NCBI GenBank assembly: GCA_038087875.1 | Contig: JAXLNO010000697.1 | Location: 1-64,000 of the forward strand | DNA from: Malacoraja senta | Taxonomy: Eukaryota | Reading direction: 5' to 3' | DNA length: 64,000 nucleotides | Shown here: positions 36,271 to 48,587 of the stretch, piece by piece | How the letters are laid out: the number at the start of each line of letters is the position of its first letter | Numbering within the stretch: position 1 is the stretch's first letter | Made by a program: the position numbers and the translations under genes | Notes under the pieces: model-generated | The model's input: only the letters and a program-made list of their open reading frames with translations | What the model was told of the DNA's origin: nothing | Databases searched by the model: none

Positions 36271-36454
36271 CTCCAATACCTGCTCCCGCAAAGAGATCCC
36301 ATCAAACATATCCAGGTCAGACAAAGCACGAGTCAAATGCAGAATATATCTCCCCGTGTCACTGTGCTGTCAGCTACAGATTAGATACAACATTCCATCT
36401 GTCCTATCCCAACGCTCCCAGGGAAGGGACAGCACAGGTTAGAAAAGGAGTGAG

Positions 36455-36572
36455 GCTCCCTCCAACCTGTCCCCACACACACCCAGGGTACAGGTTAGTC
36501 ACTGAGTGAAATTCCCTCCAACCTGTCCCCACACACACCCAGGTTACAGGTTAGTCACTGAGTGAAGTTCCC
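36455..36572. repeat. ~58-bp tandem duplication
   Basis: ctccctccaacctgtccccacacacacccagg.tacaggttagtcactgagtgaa.ttccc, two copies. Confidence 0.85.
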
Positions 36573-37399
36573 TTTACACTGTTGCATACTCCCAGTGCAG
36601 GGACAGAGTGTTTGACACAGAGTCAAGCTCCCTCTACATTGCTCTGTCAAACACTCCTTGTTTCAGAACACAGAAGGTTCTCTAGATTGTAAAACAAATT
36701 GATGCTGATTGGTTCAAAAACAAAGGTTCACAACAATGAATGATTTGAACATAATGAGAGAATGTTGTACATGGTTCTGGATGTGGGGTTTAGTACACCA
36801 GGTTTTCTTTGCATCTTGTATTGAATTTCAACATTTAGAGATCCTTAGTAAGTCAATACCTTTTATTCTTCATTGTGAATTCACTGATGGTTGTAGTTTA
36901 GATTCTGAGTCAAGTTACTTGGTGTTTATGATGTGAGTTTTGCTGCACAAAAGAACTGCTTTTTCTCAGTTCACAGACAGAGGAATGGCTCTAATTTCTG
37001 GGTTTGTCCAACATGTGCTTTGCTCCTTTAACCAGGGCTGCTGGTGTCTCAGTAAATCTCAGTGGTCATTCACAGAGCACCTTTCATGGTGTCCCCGCAC
37101 CTTTCACAGGCAGCGAGGCATGTTCACAGTACAGCCGTGTTGTAATGAATGAATGGATGAATAAGTTTATTGGCCAAGTATTCACATACAAGGAATTTGC
37201 CTTGGTGCTCCGCCCGCAAGTGACAACGACATACAGTGACAGTTAGGAATGACATGTAAAATAGTAAATATTAATAATAAAACATTGATTAAACATGTGA
37301 ATTAATTATAATACCAGATCAAAAGGAGGCTACAGGTTTTTGGTTATTGAGTAGAGCCACTACTCGTGGAAAAAAACCTGTTTTTATATCTGACTGTGG

Positions 37400-38195
37400 C
37401 AGCTTTGGTGGCAAAAACAGGAAAGTAGACTATTACCTGAATGGTGGCCGATTAGGAAAAGGGGAGATGCAACGAGACCTGGGTGTCATGGTGCACCAGT
37501 CATTGAAAGTGGGCATGCAGGTGCAGCAGGGAGTGAAGAAAGCAAATGGTATGTTAGCATTCATAGCAAAAGGATTTGAGTATAAGAGCAGGGAGGTTCT
37601 ACTGCAGTTGTACAGGGTCTTGGTGAGACCACACTTGGAGTATTGTGTACAGTTTTGGTCTCCTAATCTGAGGAAGGACATTCTTGCCATGATCCCTTTA
37701 GCCACAGAGAAGGTTCACCAGACTGATTCCTGGGATGTCAGGACTTTTCATATGAGGAAAGACTGGATAGACTCGGCTTGTACTCGCTGGAATTTAGAAG
37801 ACTGAGGGGGGATCTTATTCTTACAAAATTCTTAAGGGGTTGGACAGGCTAGATGCAGGAAGATTGTTCCCGATGTTGGGGGAGTCCAGAACAAGGGGTC
37901 ACAGTTTAAGGATAAAGGGGAAATCTTTTAGGACTGAGATGAGAAAAAAAAAATTTACACAAAGAGTGGTGAATCTGTGGAATTCTCTGCCACAGAATAT
38001 AGTTGAGGCCAGTTCATTGGCTATATTTAAGAGGGAGTTTGTGGCCCTTGTGGCTAAAGGGATCATGGGGTATGGAGAGAAAGCAGGTACAGGATACTGA
38101 GTTGGATGATCAGCCATGATCATATTGAATGGGCGAAGGGCCGAAGGGCCGAATGGCCTACTCCTGCACCTATTTTCTATGTTTCTATGTTTCTA
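37400..38195 (+). mobile_element. CR1 (family 2) 3' fragment
   Basis: Nearly the same sequence as 7560-8345; tail (TTTCTATG)n. Confidence 0.9.
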
Positions 38196-38679
38196 TGTGA
38201 CATGGCTGTGGTTGTGGCTCACATTGTAGCCTCTGGCTGGCAGTGCTTTCTTCAGGTCGCTGCCACTGACAGGGTGCACGCTCACCATGCGGCACCCTCT
38301 CCTCTCACCAGCTGCTGCTTCCAAGGTGCAGTATGTTGGTGACTCCAGGGAGAAGGAGGAGGAGATGGCGGTGGAGGGGGGAGGGGGCAAGAGGCCGAGT
38401 GGACAGAGCGAGGGGAGGACGAGGGGGAGATGGCGGTCGAGCAGGGAGTGGACAGCAGCAGGTGGGAGGGGAGGGAGCCTCATGGTGACCAAGCACGTCC
38501 TGTCGAGGATGGCAGCTTGAAGAAAGTGCTCATCCCGGGGGCTCCGTGAGCCACAACAACACCAGCATCATGGACCATATGGTGGTGGGTGAAGAAGGGC
38601 TCACTTGCGAGTCGGAGGTGGAGTTGGAAGCCGGGGCTCTAAGCGGTCAGGAGCCATACGTGCAAGGGTGGTATTGGCA

Positions 38680-38741
38680 GGTCCGTCTGCTATATCCAAA
38701 ATCTGTTATAATGGGGTCTGTTAAAATGAGGGATTACTGTA
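38680..38741. mobile_element. Possible pogo/Tigger (Tc1/mariner) element terminus
   Basis: ...ttataatggggtctgttaaaatgagggattaCTG|TA; the reverse complement TA|CAGTAATCCCTC resembles Tigger-type ends. The other end was not found. Confidence 0.4.
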
Positions 38742-39215
38742 TCTCAATTCCCTGACTCATGAAGAGCTTTTTTTACCAACCTATTTACCTGTGACAACGC
38801 TTCCTGGGATCTGCGTACCTGTACTCCAAGATCCCTTAGTTGTACAATGCCGGGCCCCAGCATTGAGGAAGGTCCACAACAGGCCAGATCCAGCACCATT
38901 TGGCCCGGTGCGTGTGGATATGGTCCATCTGGCATCGTACCATGTGCTTCCTGACCTGGGATACATCACCCAGAGCACAGGCCGGTTTGTCCCTCTGGTT
39001 GGCAGAAGTTGCTTCGCCAGTGTGAGATCAGCATTACACTGCTTGGTCATGCACGGTGTGAAAGGGATTGGGGAAAGGAACCAATTCTCTGCTCTGCCTG
39101 GCCTTCTCTCAGCCTGAATCACCTGCATTTACTCAGCAATCAGCATGAACCTGTTGCATGCGCTGGTAATAATCCATTTACTACAGAACCAATTGTTAAT
39201 TTATTTACTTTTCAG

Positions 39216-39524
39216 AGATTAAGACCTTGCCTTCAGTCCACATCACCTCTTCCTGCAACACAGAATCTGACCAAGAGATCAGCATCCTCTGTTTGGTCAA
39301 GGACTACCAGCCTGAGATCATCAGTCAGACATGGTCCACCAGCAGTGGGGACATCACCACTGGAATCACAAAGTACCCACCTGTGTTGGGACAAAACAAC
39401 ATGTACACAATGAGCAGCTTGCTGCGAGTCCCTGTGGCAGATTGGAACAAGAAAAACGTCTACTACTGCAAGGCAGGATACAAGCTGGACAACATGGTGA
39501 GAACGGAGTTCCAGAAGCCTCAAG
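39216..39524 (+). CDS. IgW: Intact IgW (IgX) CH1 exon
   Basis: Acceptor ttatttacttttcag|AG, donor CAAG|GTTAGT, 309 bp, phase 1-1. EIKTLPSVHITSSCNTESDQEISILCLVKDYQPEIISQTW...YPPVLGQNNMYTMSSLLRV..ADW....YYCKAG has the L-chain-binding Cys plus the C1-set core and matches skate IgX CH1 as I recall it. Confidence 0.93.
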
Positions 39525-40300
39525 GTTAGTATGAGATTTTGTTGTCCATTTAAAGCTAATGATAGAACTAAAGTGGAAGCCTTTGTCGAACAATGTAGGA
39601 GGAAGCCAATTAATTATTTTGCTCATTCATTCTCCTCCTATCAGCCAGAGTGCTGCTGCACAAGGAAAAAGACAGTGAGAATTTATGTGGAAGGAGATAA
39701 TGGTGGGGGGTGGGGGGTTCACGGAGGAAGCATCTCGTCTTGAACTACCCCCATTCTATCCACTGCTTTGTTTAATTCCTGCAGCTCTCTACCACCCCAA
39801 ACACCTCCCTGCAGATCAGCTGTTGTGCACAGTCACACCTATTGGGCCCATGCACAGTGTGGAGATTGAAACCATATATTTTTTTTTTTTATTTTATTTT
39901 TTTTTTTTTTATTTTTATTTTTTAGAAGTACGGTAGATTACAGTAATGTACAACACGTATATATTAATACATTTTTTGTACCGCTTCATTTTTTTAAACT
40001 TTAAGAAAGAAAAAGAAAGAAGTAAGAAAAGTGAAGAAAGTGCGCAAAGGTTGTGAAGTGCAAAAGAGTGTTGGGAAAAGAAAGCCCCTTAGAGAAGAGG
40101 TTAGAGAAGGAAGTAAAGTTAGAAAATAGACCCTAGAAAAAAAAAGAGAAAGAAAGAAGGAACAATCGCTCTATTATAACTCTTATACTATACTTCATAG
40201 AGAAGGAACTACCAACCAAGTCTGTTTTTATTTTACCTCCCATTACCAGGTCCAGATACCTTTTATTTATTTATTTGTTTTTCTAAATTACTATTGCACC

Positions 40301-43300
40301 TCATGCTTGTAATAGGTCCAAAAACGTAGACCACGTCTTTTGAAATTGATCTACTTTACCTACTAGGAGGAATCTCATCTCTTCCAGATGTAATGTTTCC
40401 AACATATTTGATGTCCACATTTTTATTGTTGGTGTGGGCGCATTTTTCCAGAATTTAAGTATAAGCTTTTTTCCCATTATTAGCCCATAATTGAGTAAAT
40501 TCTTCTGATACACGTTTAATTCAGGAATACCTTCCGATATTCCAAAAATAATCCATTCTGGTTTTGGTACCAGTTTTATTTTGATTAATTTTGAAAAAAT
40601 ATCAAATATTTCAAACCAGAATTTTTGGATTTTTGTACAAAAAACAAAAGAATGTGCTATGGTAGCTTCTTGACATATACATTTATCACAGATTGATGAG
40701 ACGTTAGGAAAGATTTTATTTAGTTTGGTTTTTGAATAATATAATCTATGTAATGTTTTAAATTGGATAAGCGTATGTCGTACGTTGATCGAGCATTTAT
40801 GCACCTGTAATAAATGATTATCCCAACTTTCTTTTGAAATTTTTATACCTAGATCTTGTTCCCAATCTCTTCTAATTCCATCTGTTGTGGGTATTTCTAT
40901 ATTTAAGATGATATTATATAAGTATGATATTAAATTAACTGATTCCGCCTTTGTCTTCATTGCTTCATCTAGTAAGTCGGAAGGCATATTATAATAATCT
41001 TTTGTGTGTGTTTTCAAATAGTCACAGATTTGTATATATTTAAAATATTGATTATTTTTCAAATTATATTTCAGTTGTAGTTGTTGGAATGATAGTAATT
41101 TTTCTAATTCATACAGATCTTCGAGCGTTTTAATTCCCATTCTTTCCCATTGTATAAATGCTTTATCTATGATTGAAGGTTTAAACGATGGGTTATTGAC
41201 TATTGGTATTAAGAGAGATAGGTTTCTTAATTTTAGATTCTGTTTTATTTGCTTCCATGTTCTAATAGTGCTATATATAATTGGATTTTTATTATAATTT
41301 TTATTATTCAAATTTATTGGAGAGAGAATAATCGCTCCTATATTATTCGGGGAGCAATCCCCTTTTTCCATTATAATCCAGTCCACCTGCTGGGCAGAAT
41401 TGTCCAGCAGGTGAATCATATTTTTAATATTTACTGCCCAGTTATAATACATAAAGTTAGGGAGCGCTAGACCCCCCAACTCTTTTCGTTTGTTAAGGTG
41501 TGTTCTTTGTATTCTGTGGGATTTGTAATCCCATATAAAATTTGTAATGTCTGAGTCCAGTTTTTTGAAAAACTTTTTTGGGAGATATATAGGTATTGAT
41601 TGAAATAGGTAAAGGATTTGTGGTAAGAAAATCATTTTTATAGCATTTATCCTACCTATTAAGGACATCGGAAGTGTTTTCCAAAATTTAATCAGATTAT
41701 TTAATTTCTTAAGTAGGGGATTATAATTAGCTTTAAACATATCATGGTAATTTCTAGTAATCTCAATTCCTAAATATTTGAATTTTTCCATAGCTATTTT
41801 AAAAGGGAATTTCCTGAGATGTGTTGAGTCTTTTGGTTTAATCGACATAATTTCACTTTTGTTCCAATTTATTCTATATCCTGAAAAGGATCCAAAGTCC
41901 TCAATTAAGTTTAATATATTTGGTATACTAATTTGTGGTTTTGTGATGTACAGTAGTACATCATCAGCATATAGGGATAGTTTGTTGTTTGAATATTTTG
42001 TGTTATAACCGTGAATATTCGAGTGTGTTCTTATTTTTTCAGCAAGGGGTTCAATTACCAAAGCAAATAACAGCGGTGATAGTGAACATCCTTGTCTGTT
42101 GCCCCTAGATAATTCGAATTTTGAAGATAATATATTATTAGTTAGTATTCTAGCCGTAGGTTTGTTATATAGTAGTTTTATCCATGCAATAAAGTTTTCT
42201 CCCAATTGGAATTTTTGCAATACTTTGATCATATAGTCCCATTCTACTTGATCAAACGCTTTTTCTGCGTCCAGTGAGATGATAGCTAACTCTTCGTCAT
42301 AAGATTTATATGAATGCATTATGTTAAGCAAACGTCTCAAATTATTAAATGAGTGTCTCTTAGGTATAAATCCTGTTTGATCCTCATGTATTAGTCTACT
42401 AACATACTTGCTTAATCTATTGGCTAATGTTTTTGCTATTATTTTCTGATCCGTATTTAACAAAGCAATAGCTCTATATGATCCTGGTTCTTCTATATTT
42501 TTATCTTTTTTAAGTATTAATATGATCGTTGATTCCGCTAGTGTTTCAGGTAGGTTTTGCTCTTTATAAGCATATGTATACATTTTTTGTAATCGTGGAG
42601 TAACTATATCATAAAAAGATTTATAAAATTCATTACTGAATCCGTCTGGTCCTGGTGTTTTTCCATTTTTTAGTGTTTTTATTGTGTCTTCTATCTCCTT
42701 AGAAGTAATTTGTGCTCCCAGTTCCTCTTGTTCCCTGCGTTCTAATTGTGGTAGATTACAATTATCTAAAAATTCTGAGATTTTATTATTGTCTATTGAC
42801 GTTTTAGATGTGTATAGATTCTGGTAAAATTGAGCAAATCTTTTATTAATATCCTTGGGTAGTGTTAATACTTCCCCTCTATCTGATTTAATCTTTAATA
42901 TTGCATTCTCTTTTTCCCGTTTTTTAAGTTGTCGTGCTAGAAGTTTGTGGGGTTTGTCCCCGAATTCGAAGTGTTCTTGTTTTGTGATTTGAAATAATGT
43001 TATAACTTTCTCTGACAGTAATTTATTTAACTGAAATTTCAGTAGTAGTATTTTATTATGTTTATCCATAGTTGGGTCTTTAGCATTATCTATATCTAAC
43101 TGTTTTATTTGATCTTCTAAGTGTCTTTGTTCATTCTTATTCTTTTTATTTTGATAGGCTTGAAATGAAATAATGACTCCTCTTATAAATGCTTTGAAGG
43201 ATTCCCATAATAGCGTGGGGGATATCTCTGGTGTATCATTTAACTCAAAAAATAGATCCATCTGTTTTTTTAGATAGATACTCCCTTGAGGGTCTTTTAA

Positions 43301-44092
43301 AATTTGTGAGTTAAACCTCCAGAACGGTTTATTCATAGACATTCCTTCTAGTTTTAGAACAAAAGTTAACGGAGAATGATCTGAGATCGCATTAATATGA
43401 TATTTAGGATTCAGAGATTGCGAAATTAATTTTGTATCCACTAGAAAATAGTCTATCCGTGAATATGTTTTATGCACCATTGAATAAAACGAGTAATCCC
43501 TTCCCGTCGGGTTTGCAATCCTCCATACATCTGTTATATTTGTGTTTTCCATATATGTGTGTAAGAGTTCACTGGTTTTAGATTTCGTCTGACCTTTTTG
43601 TTTTTGCATCGATTTATCTAAATAAGGATCTAAAACACAATTAAAATCTCCTCCGATTATAACATTTTGATAATTAGATTCTGCAATTATATTCAGAATT
43701 TTATTAAAAAATTGAGGGTTATCAAAGTTGGGCGCATATATATTTACCAGCGTAATTGGCATGTTATTGATCTCCCCTGCTACTATAAGATATCTCCCTT
43801 CCTTATCTAAAATAGTGTTCTTTGATTTAAATGGAATTCCTTTACGAATAATAATTGCAGTACCTCTAGATTTGGAGGTAAATGAAGAGTGAAATGTTTG
43901 GCCTATCCAGTTCGCCCTCAGTCTTGTCTGATCTTGCTGTTTAAGATGTGTTTCCTGTAGAAACGCTATGTCCGTGTTGTATGATTTCAACTGAGCTAGT
44001 ATCTTGCCCCTTTTAATAGGTTCATTAATCCCCCTTATATTCCAACTACATAATGTGATTCCTCCTATTTTCTTTTGATTGTCGTCATGCAT
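40301..44092 (-). CDS. L1 ORF2 (APE endonuclease, RT, CCHC), 1263 aa
   Basis: SWNIRG, FLQETH, GGDFN, SRIDYF, SDH; LDAEKAFD, RQGCSLSP, YADD; CDKC-x8-H-x4-C. Confidence 0.97.
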   Translation of the reverse strand: MHDDNQKKIGGITLCSWNIRGINEPIKRGKILAQLKSYNTDIAFLQETHLKQQDQTRLRANWIGQTFHSSFTSKSRGTAIIIRKGIPFKSKNTILDKEGRYLIVAGEINNMPITLVNIYAPNFDNPQFFNKILNIIAESNYQNVIIGGDFNCVLDPYLDKSMQKQKGQTKSKTSELLHTYMENTNITDVWRIANPTGRDYSFYSMVHKTYSRIDYFLVDTKLISQSLNPKYHINAISDHSPLTFVLKLEGMSMNKPFWRFNSQILKDPQGSIYLKKQMDLFFELNDTPEISPTLLWESFKAFIRGVIISFQAYQNKKNKNEQRHLEDQIKQLDIDNAKDPTMDKHNKILLLKFQLNKLLSEKVITLFQITKQEHFEFGDKPHKLLARQLKKREKENAILKIKSDRGEVLTLPKDINKRFAQFYQNLYTSKTSIDNNKISEFLDNCNLPQLERREQEELGAQITSKEIEDTIKTLKNGKTPGPDGFSNEFYKSFYDIVTPRLQKMYTYAYKEQNLPETLAESTIILILKKDKNIEEPGSYRAIALLNTDQKIIAKTLANRLSKYVSRLIHEDQTGFIPKRHSFNNLRRLLNIMHSYKSYDEELAIISLDAEKAFDQVEWDYMIKVLQKFQLGENFIAWIKLLYNKPTARILTNNILSSKFELSRGNRQGCSLSPLLFALVIEPLAEKIRTHSNIHGYNTKYSNNKLSLYADDVLLYITKPQISIPNILNLIEDFGSFSGYRINWNKSEIMSIKPKDSTHLRKFPFKIAMEKFKYLGIEITRNYHDMFKANYNPLLKKLNNLIKFWKTLPMSLIGRINAIKMIFLPQILYLFQSIPIYLPKKFFKKLDSDITNFIWDYKSHRIQRTHLNKRKELGGLALPNFMYYNWAVNIKNMIHLLDNSAQQVDWIIMEKGDCSPNNIGAIILSPINLNNKNYNKNPIIYSTIRTWKQIKQNLKLRNLSLLIPIVNNPSFKPSIIDKAFIQWERMGIKTLEDLYELEKLLSFQQLQLKYNLKNNQYFKYIQICDYLKTHTKDYYNMPSDLLDEAMKTKAESVNLISYLYNIILNIEIPTTDGIRRDWEQDLGIKISKESWDNHLLQVHKCSINVRHTLIQFKTLHRLYYSKTKLNKIFPNVSSICDKCICQEATIAHSFVFCTKIQKFWFEIFDIFSKLIKIKLVPKPEWIIFGISEGIPELNVYQKNLLNYGLIMGKKLILKFWKNAPTPTIKMWTSNMLETLHLEEMRFLLVGKVDQFQKTWSTFLDLLQA

Positions 44093-45308
44093 TTTTACCA
44101 ATTTTAATGACCTTAATTATTGTGGTGCGTTCATACCTCCGGACTCTGGTTATTTTGGGAGTATTTCTATTATAGACTTCCTTGGTAGTTCTCCTGCGCG
44201 ATTGTCCTTGAAGAAAAAACACACAGATGTGACATATTGTGATTAAAAAAAATATATATAAATCAAATAAATTTACGGTGTCTAAAATTTCAACACCGTA
44301 GTGAGTGGCCCACTCGTCTGTGGGGTACGACATCCATAACGCTTCCGGCGTAGTTGGTATAAAGTTAGCCCCGCTGTATTTATTACCCAAAATCTATGGG
44401 GTCATTACCGTTTCCACTTCAGTTCTATTTCACCCAGTTACAATTTATATATATGTCAAATGTATTCGATTCCATATCCTACTCACTCTTTATCTCTTAA
44501 CTATTTTAAAATGAATTTAGTATTGTTAAAGTGAGCGGTTTACTGAGTGGATTAACCGGAGTCAGGTTCCTGGAATTGTGCCAGGTGCCTGATCTCCTCT
44601 CCTCTCCACGAGCTGCGAACATAGGTGATAACTGCTGTCTGCGTTATGACGCAGGCACCACAGTTTTATCAGTTTCAAATATTATTTCTATATTAGTATT
44701 GTTAATTATTAATTATGATTAATTCTCAGCATTTTGTAAAACTATATAAGCCGTATATATTTTTCATATCAACCTCGAGTGTATATTATCTCTTAACTAT
44801 TTTAAATTGATTTTAATATTGTTAAAAATGAGCTGTTCGCTGGAAGGGTTAACGGGAGTCTGGCTCCTGGAGTTATGCCAGGTACCCGGTCTCCCCCTCC
44901 CTCCACTCTCGAGCTGCATAGCACTTGCTGTTATCTACTAAACAGAGCAGACTGCACATTTTTTATCTATTTCAATTGCTATTTCTATATTAGTATTGTT
45001 AATTGTTAATTATTATTAGTTCTCAGTTTTTTCGGTTTTTTATAAACAATATAAGCCATGTGATGTTTTTCACTCTCAGCCCAGCAGTTCGTCCCGTTAT
45101 CAGGTTTTCCTCGTTTGAGCACGTAGTGTCCTTGAATTACATAGCACAATGTTCCAGCGAAGATAATAATGTCTAGCCACGTCTCACTAAGAATCTGTTG
45201 CTTGAAGTCAAATAAAAAATAAAAAATCAGTGTTCAGTTAATTCACTTTCCTTGTGATATTCTTGTTGGAAGAATAAGCAAGTTCGTTTGTTCATGTCGT
45301 CTTGGTTT

Positions 45309-46304
45309 TCAGTCTCCAGTTGATGCAGCCTTAGTCGCGATTTCTTGAGCGTATTTGAGAGATTCATCCGAATTAGTGAATGTTTTTGACACTCCCTCAA
45401 AGGTGATACGCATTCTAGCCGGATAAAACACTCCACATAAAACTCCCTTAACACCATAAAGAACTTCTCTGGTCTGTGAGAACTTTCTTCTCTTTTGCTC
45501 AATCTCATAAGGGTAGTCCCGTAGGAGTTTAATAGTATCACCTCTGTACATCATCTTCTCTCCGTGGTTGATTTTTTTCATCAGCGCTTCCATTGTTGAG
45601 ATATCCCGAAGTTTAATTATGATCTGTCGTGGGTAGGCACGTTCTCCTTGAGATCTTGATTTAAATCTGGGGAGTCGATGTGCTACTTCAATTACAGGTG
45701 CTTCTGGTAGCTTCAGTACGTGTTTAATTAGGTTGGCAGCGAACTCACAAACATTGTCCCCCTCGGCTCCCTCTTTTACACCCCGTATTCTTATATTTTG
45801 GCGTCTTGAGCGAGCTTCTAGGTCAACACATTTATTCGAAACCTTTGTGACTTGGTTCTTGAGACTATCTATTTCTGACTTCATAGTCTGCATCTCTCCA
45901 GCCATCACTTCCACAACAGCTTCCAAATCATTCACTGCAGATGCATTTGCAGCCACAGTTTCGTGCACAGCCTCAAACATCTTTGTGGTCTCTTCTGCCA
46001 CCTTTTCAATTTTTCTCGATAGTCCTTTTTCCACACCTTCAATTCTTTTTTGGAGAGCCTCAATACCCTCAAGTATTTTATCATTACCGGCTATCAATTT
46101 ACTGTTCCCAGCTTCCATATCATTTTTGATATCTCTTACCGAGTTTCTTAAGTCCTCCATTTCGGTTTTCTCTTTTGCAGATCGAGTAGCCATTCCAGAG
46201 ACCTCTCCAGAGGTCAGTTCTGAAGTTTCTTGCTGTTCCAGAGTCTTCAGCAGATGTTTTGAGATTTTCCTCTGTGGGCTCTGACCTGGAGATGTACTTT
46301 TCAT
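45309..46304 (-). CDS. L1 ORF1 (coiled coil, RRM, CTD), 331 aa
   Basis: LEARSRRQNIRIRGVKEG, IEVAHR, PRQIIIKL, YPARMRIT. Confidence 0.95.
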   Translation of the reverse strand: MKSTSPGQSPQRKISKHLLKTLEQQETSELTSGEVSGMATRSAKEKTEMEDLRNSVRDIKNDMEAGNSKLIAGNDKILEGIEALQKRIEGVEKGLSRKIEKVAEETTKMFEAVHETVAANASAVNDLEAVVEVMAGEMQTMKSEIDSLKNQVTKVSNKCVDLEARSRRQNIRIRGVKEGAEGDNVCEFAANLIKHVLKLPEAPVIEVAHRLPRFKSRSQGERAYPRQIIIKLRDISTMEALMKKINHGEKMMYRGDTIKLLRDYPYEIEQKRRKFSQTREVLYGVKGVLCGVFYPARMRITFEGVSKTFTNSDESLKYAQEIATKAASTGD

Positions 46305-46493
46305 TTAAAATGACTTTCCCTCCGTTAAAATCGCGGCGCTTACTGATGACGTCATCAGCACCGCGACATGAAGCTCCGGTAAGTTTTTAAAAACGGTCCC
46401 GACCTCCAGACCCGATTTTAACGCGAAAAATCGCGATTTTTTCAGCGGAGCTAAAAAGTTTGCGACTGCTAGCAGAGCATGTCGCAACCGGAA

Positions 46494-48587
46494 ACCATAT
46501 ATAATAACCATATAACCATTACAGCACGGAAACAGGCCATCTCGGCCCTTCAAATCCGTGCCCAACACTTTTTTTTCCTTCTTTTTTTTTTCCCCTTCTT
46601 GCTTCTTACTTCCCCCTAGTCCCATCTACAGTACCTGCACTCAGACCATAACCCTCCATTCCTTTCCCGTCCATATACCCATCCAATCTATTTTTAAAGG
46701 ATAAAATCGAACCTGCCTCCACCACTTCCACTGGAAGCTCATTCCACACAGCTACCACTCTCTGAGTAAAGAAGTTCCCCCTAATGTACCCCCTAAACTT
46801 CTGTCCCTTAATTCTCAAGTCATGTCCCCTTGTTTGAATCTTCCCTACTCTCAATGGGAAAAGCTTATCCACGTCCACTCTGTCTAACCCGCTCATCATT
46901 TTAAAAACTTCTATCAAGTCCCCTCTTAACCTTCTGCGCTCCAAAGAATAAAGACCTAACTTGTTCAACCTTTCTCTGTAACTTAGTTGCTGAAACCCAG
47001 GCAGCATTCTAGTAAATCTCCTCTGTACTCTCTCTATTTTGTTGACATCCTTCCTATAATTAGGCGACCAAAATTGTACTCCATACTCCAGAATTGGCCT
47101 CACCAATGCCTTGTACAATTTTAACATTACATCCCAACTTCTATACTCAATGCTCTGATTTATAAAGGCCAGCACACCAAAAGCTTTCTTTACCACCCTA
47201 TCTATAGTACATGAGATTCCACCTTCAGGGAACTATACACAGTTATTCCTAGATCCCTCTGTTCAACTGCATTCCTCAATTCGCTACCATTTACCATGTA
47301 CGTCCTATTTTGATTTGTCCTGCCGAGATGTAGTACCTCGCATTTATCAGCATTAAACTCCATCTGCCATCTTTCAGCCCACTCTGCCAAATGGCCTAAA
47401 TCTCTCTGTAGACTTTGAAAATCTACTTCATTATCCACAACACCACCTATCTTAGTATCATCTGCATACTTACTAATCCAATTTTCCACACCATCATCCA
47501 GATCATTGATGTACATGACAAACAACAGTGAACCCAACACAGACCGCTGAGGCACCCCACTAGTCACCGGCCTCCAACCTGACAAACAGCCATCCACCAT
47601 TACTCTCTGGCATCTCCCATTCAGCCACTGTTGAATCCATCTTGCTACTCCACCATTAATACCCAACAATTGAATCTTCTTAACTAACCTTCCATGAGGA
47701 ACCTTGTCAAAGGCCTTACTGAAGTCCATATAGACAACATCCACTGCTTTACCCTCATCAATTTCCCTTGTAACCTCTTCGAAAAATTCAAGAAGATTAG
47801 TCAAACATGACCTTCCAGGCACAAATCCATGTTGACTGTTCCTAATCAGACCCTGCTTATCCAGATGCTTATATATATTATCGCTAAGTATCCTTTCCAT
47901 TAATTTGCCCACCACTGACGTCAAACTAACAGGTCTATAATTGCTAGGTTTACTCTTCGAACCCTTTTTAAACAACGGAACAACATGCGCAGTAAGCCAA
48001 TCCTCCGGCACTATTCCCGTTTCTAATGACATTTGAAATATTTCTGTCATAGCCCCTGCTATTTCTACACTAACTTCCCTCAATGTCCTAGGGAATATCC
48101 TGTCAGGACCTGGAGACTTATCCGTTTTCATATTTTTCAAAAGTGTCCGCACCTCCTCTTCTTTGAATCTCATAGTTTCCATTGCTACTCTGCTTGTTTC
48201 CCTTACCTTACATAATTCCATATCCTTATCCTTGGTGAATACCGAAGAAAATAAATTGTTCCATATCTCCCCCATCTCTTTTGGCTCTGCAGATAGCTAT
48301 CCACTCTGACTCTCTAATGGACCAATTTTATTCCTTGTTATCCTTTTGCTATTAATATAGCTGTAGAAACCCTTTGGATTTACTTTCACCTTACTTGCCA
48401 AAGCAACCTCATATCTTCTTTTAGCTTTTCTAATTTATTTCTTAATATTCTTTTTACATTCTTTATACTCCTCAAGCACCTCATTTACTCCATGCTGCCT
48501 ATAATTATTGTAGGTCTCTCTCTTTTTCCGAACCGTGTCCAATTTCCCTTGAAAACCATGGCTCTTTCCAATTTTTACTATTTCCTT
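46494..48587 (-). mobile_element. CR1 (family 1), 5'-truncated; its tail is the target of L1 copy 1
   Basis: ORFs 47202-48275 and 46606-47196; tail accatatataataaccatataacc. Confidence 0.93.

Larger units (their letters stand above)
39880..46493 (-). mobile_element. Full-length L1 LINE, copy 1, both ORFs intact
   Basis: 12-bp TSD gaaaccatatat (39868-39879 and 46491-46502); (A)nT tail; ORF1 and ORF2 open. Confidence 0.97.

Noticed and set aside
36680-37135. Candidate J-C intronic enhancer in non-repetitive sequence
   Set aside because: Only isolated E-box hexamers; no octamer or motif cluster that I can support from sequence alone.
39785-39870. Acceptor-like site followed by LLCTVT as a split CH2 exon
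   Set aside because: Only 14 residues precede the Cys, there is no FxP or Trp motif, and rejoining across the insertions (to 48588) gives stops.
39853-39880. Perfect RSS heptamer CACAGTG (also at 3336 and ~55273; CACTGTG at ~3354, ~25806 and ~36360)
   Set aside because: No nonamer at 12- or 23-bp spacing and no adjacent coding segment; several chance 7-mers are expected in 64 kb.
41951-41962. TACAGTA inside L1 ORF2 as another excision footprint
   Set aside because: It is in-frame coding sequence (DVLLYI) next to YADD and present in both intact copies.
45733-46284. 183-aa antisense ORF within L1 ORF1 (also 55725-56276)
   Set aside because: Shadow of the coiled-coil region; presence in both copies is uninformative at ~99% identity.
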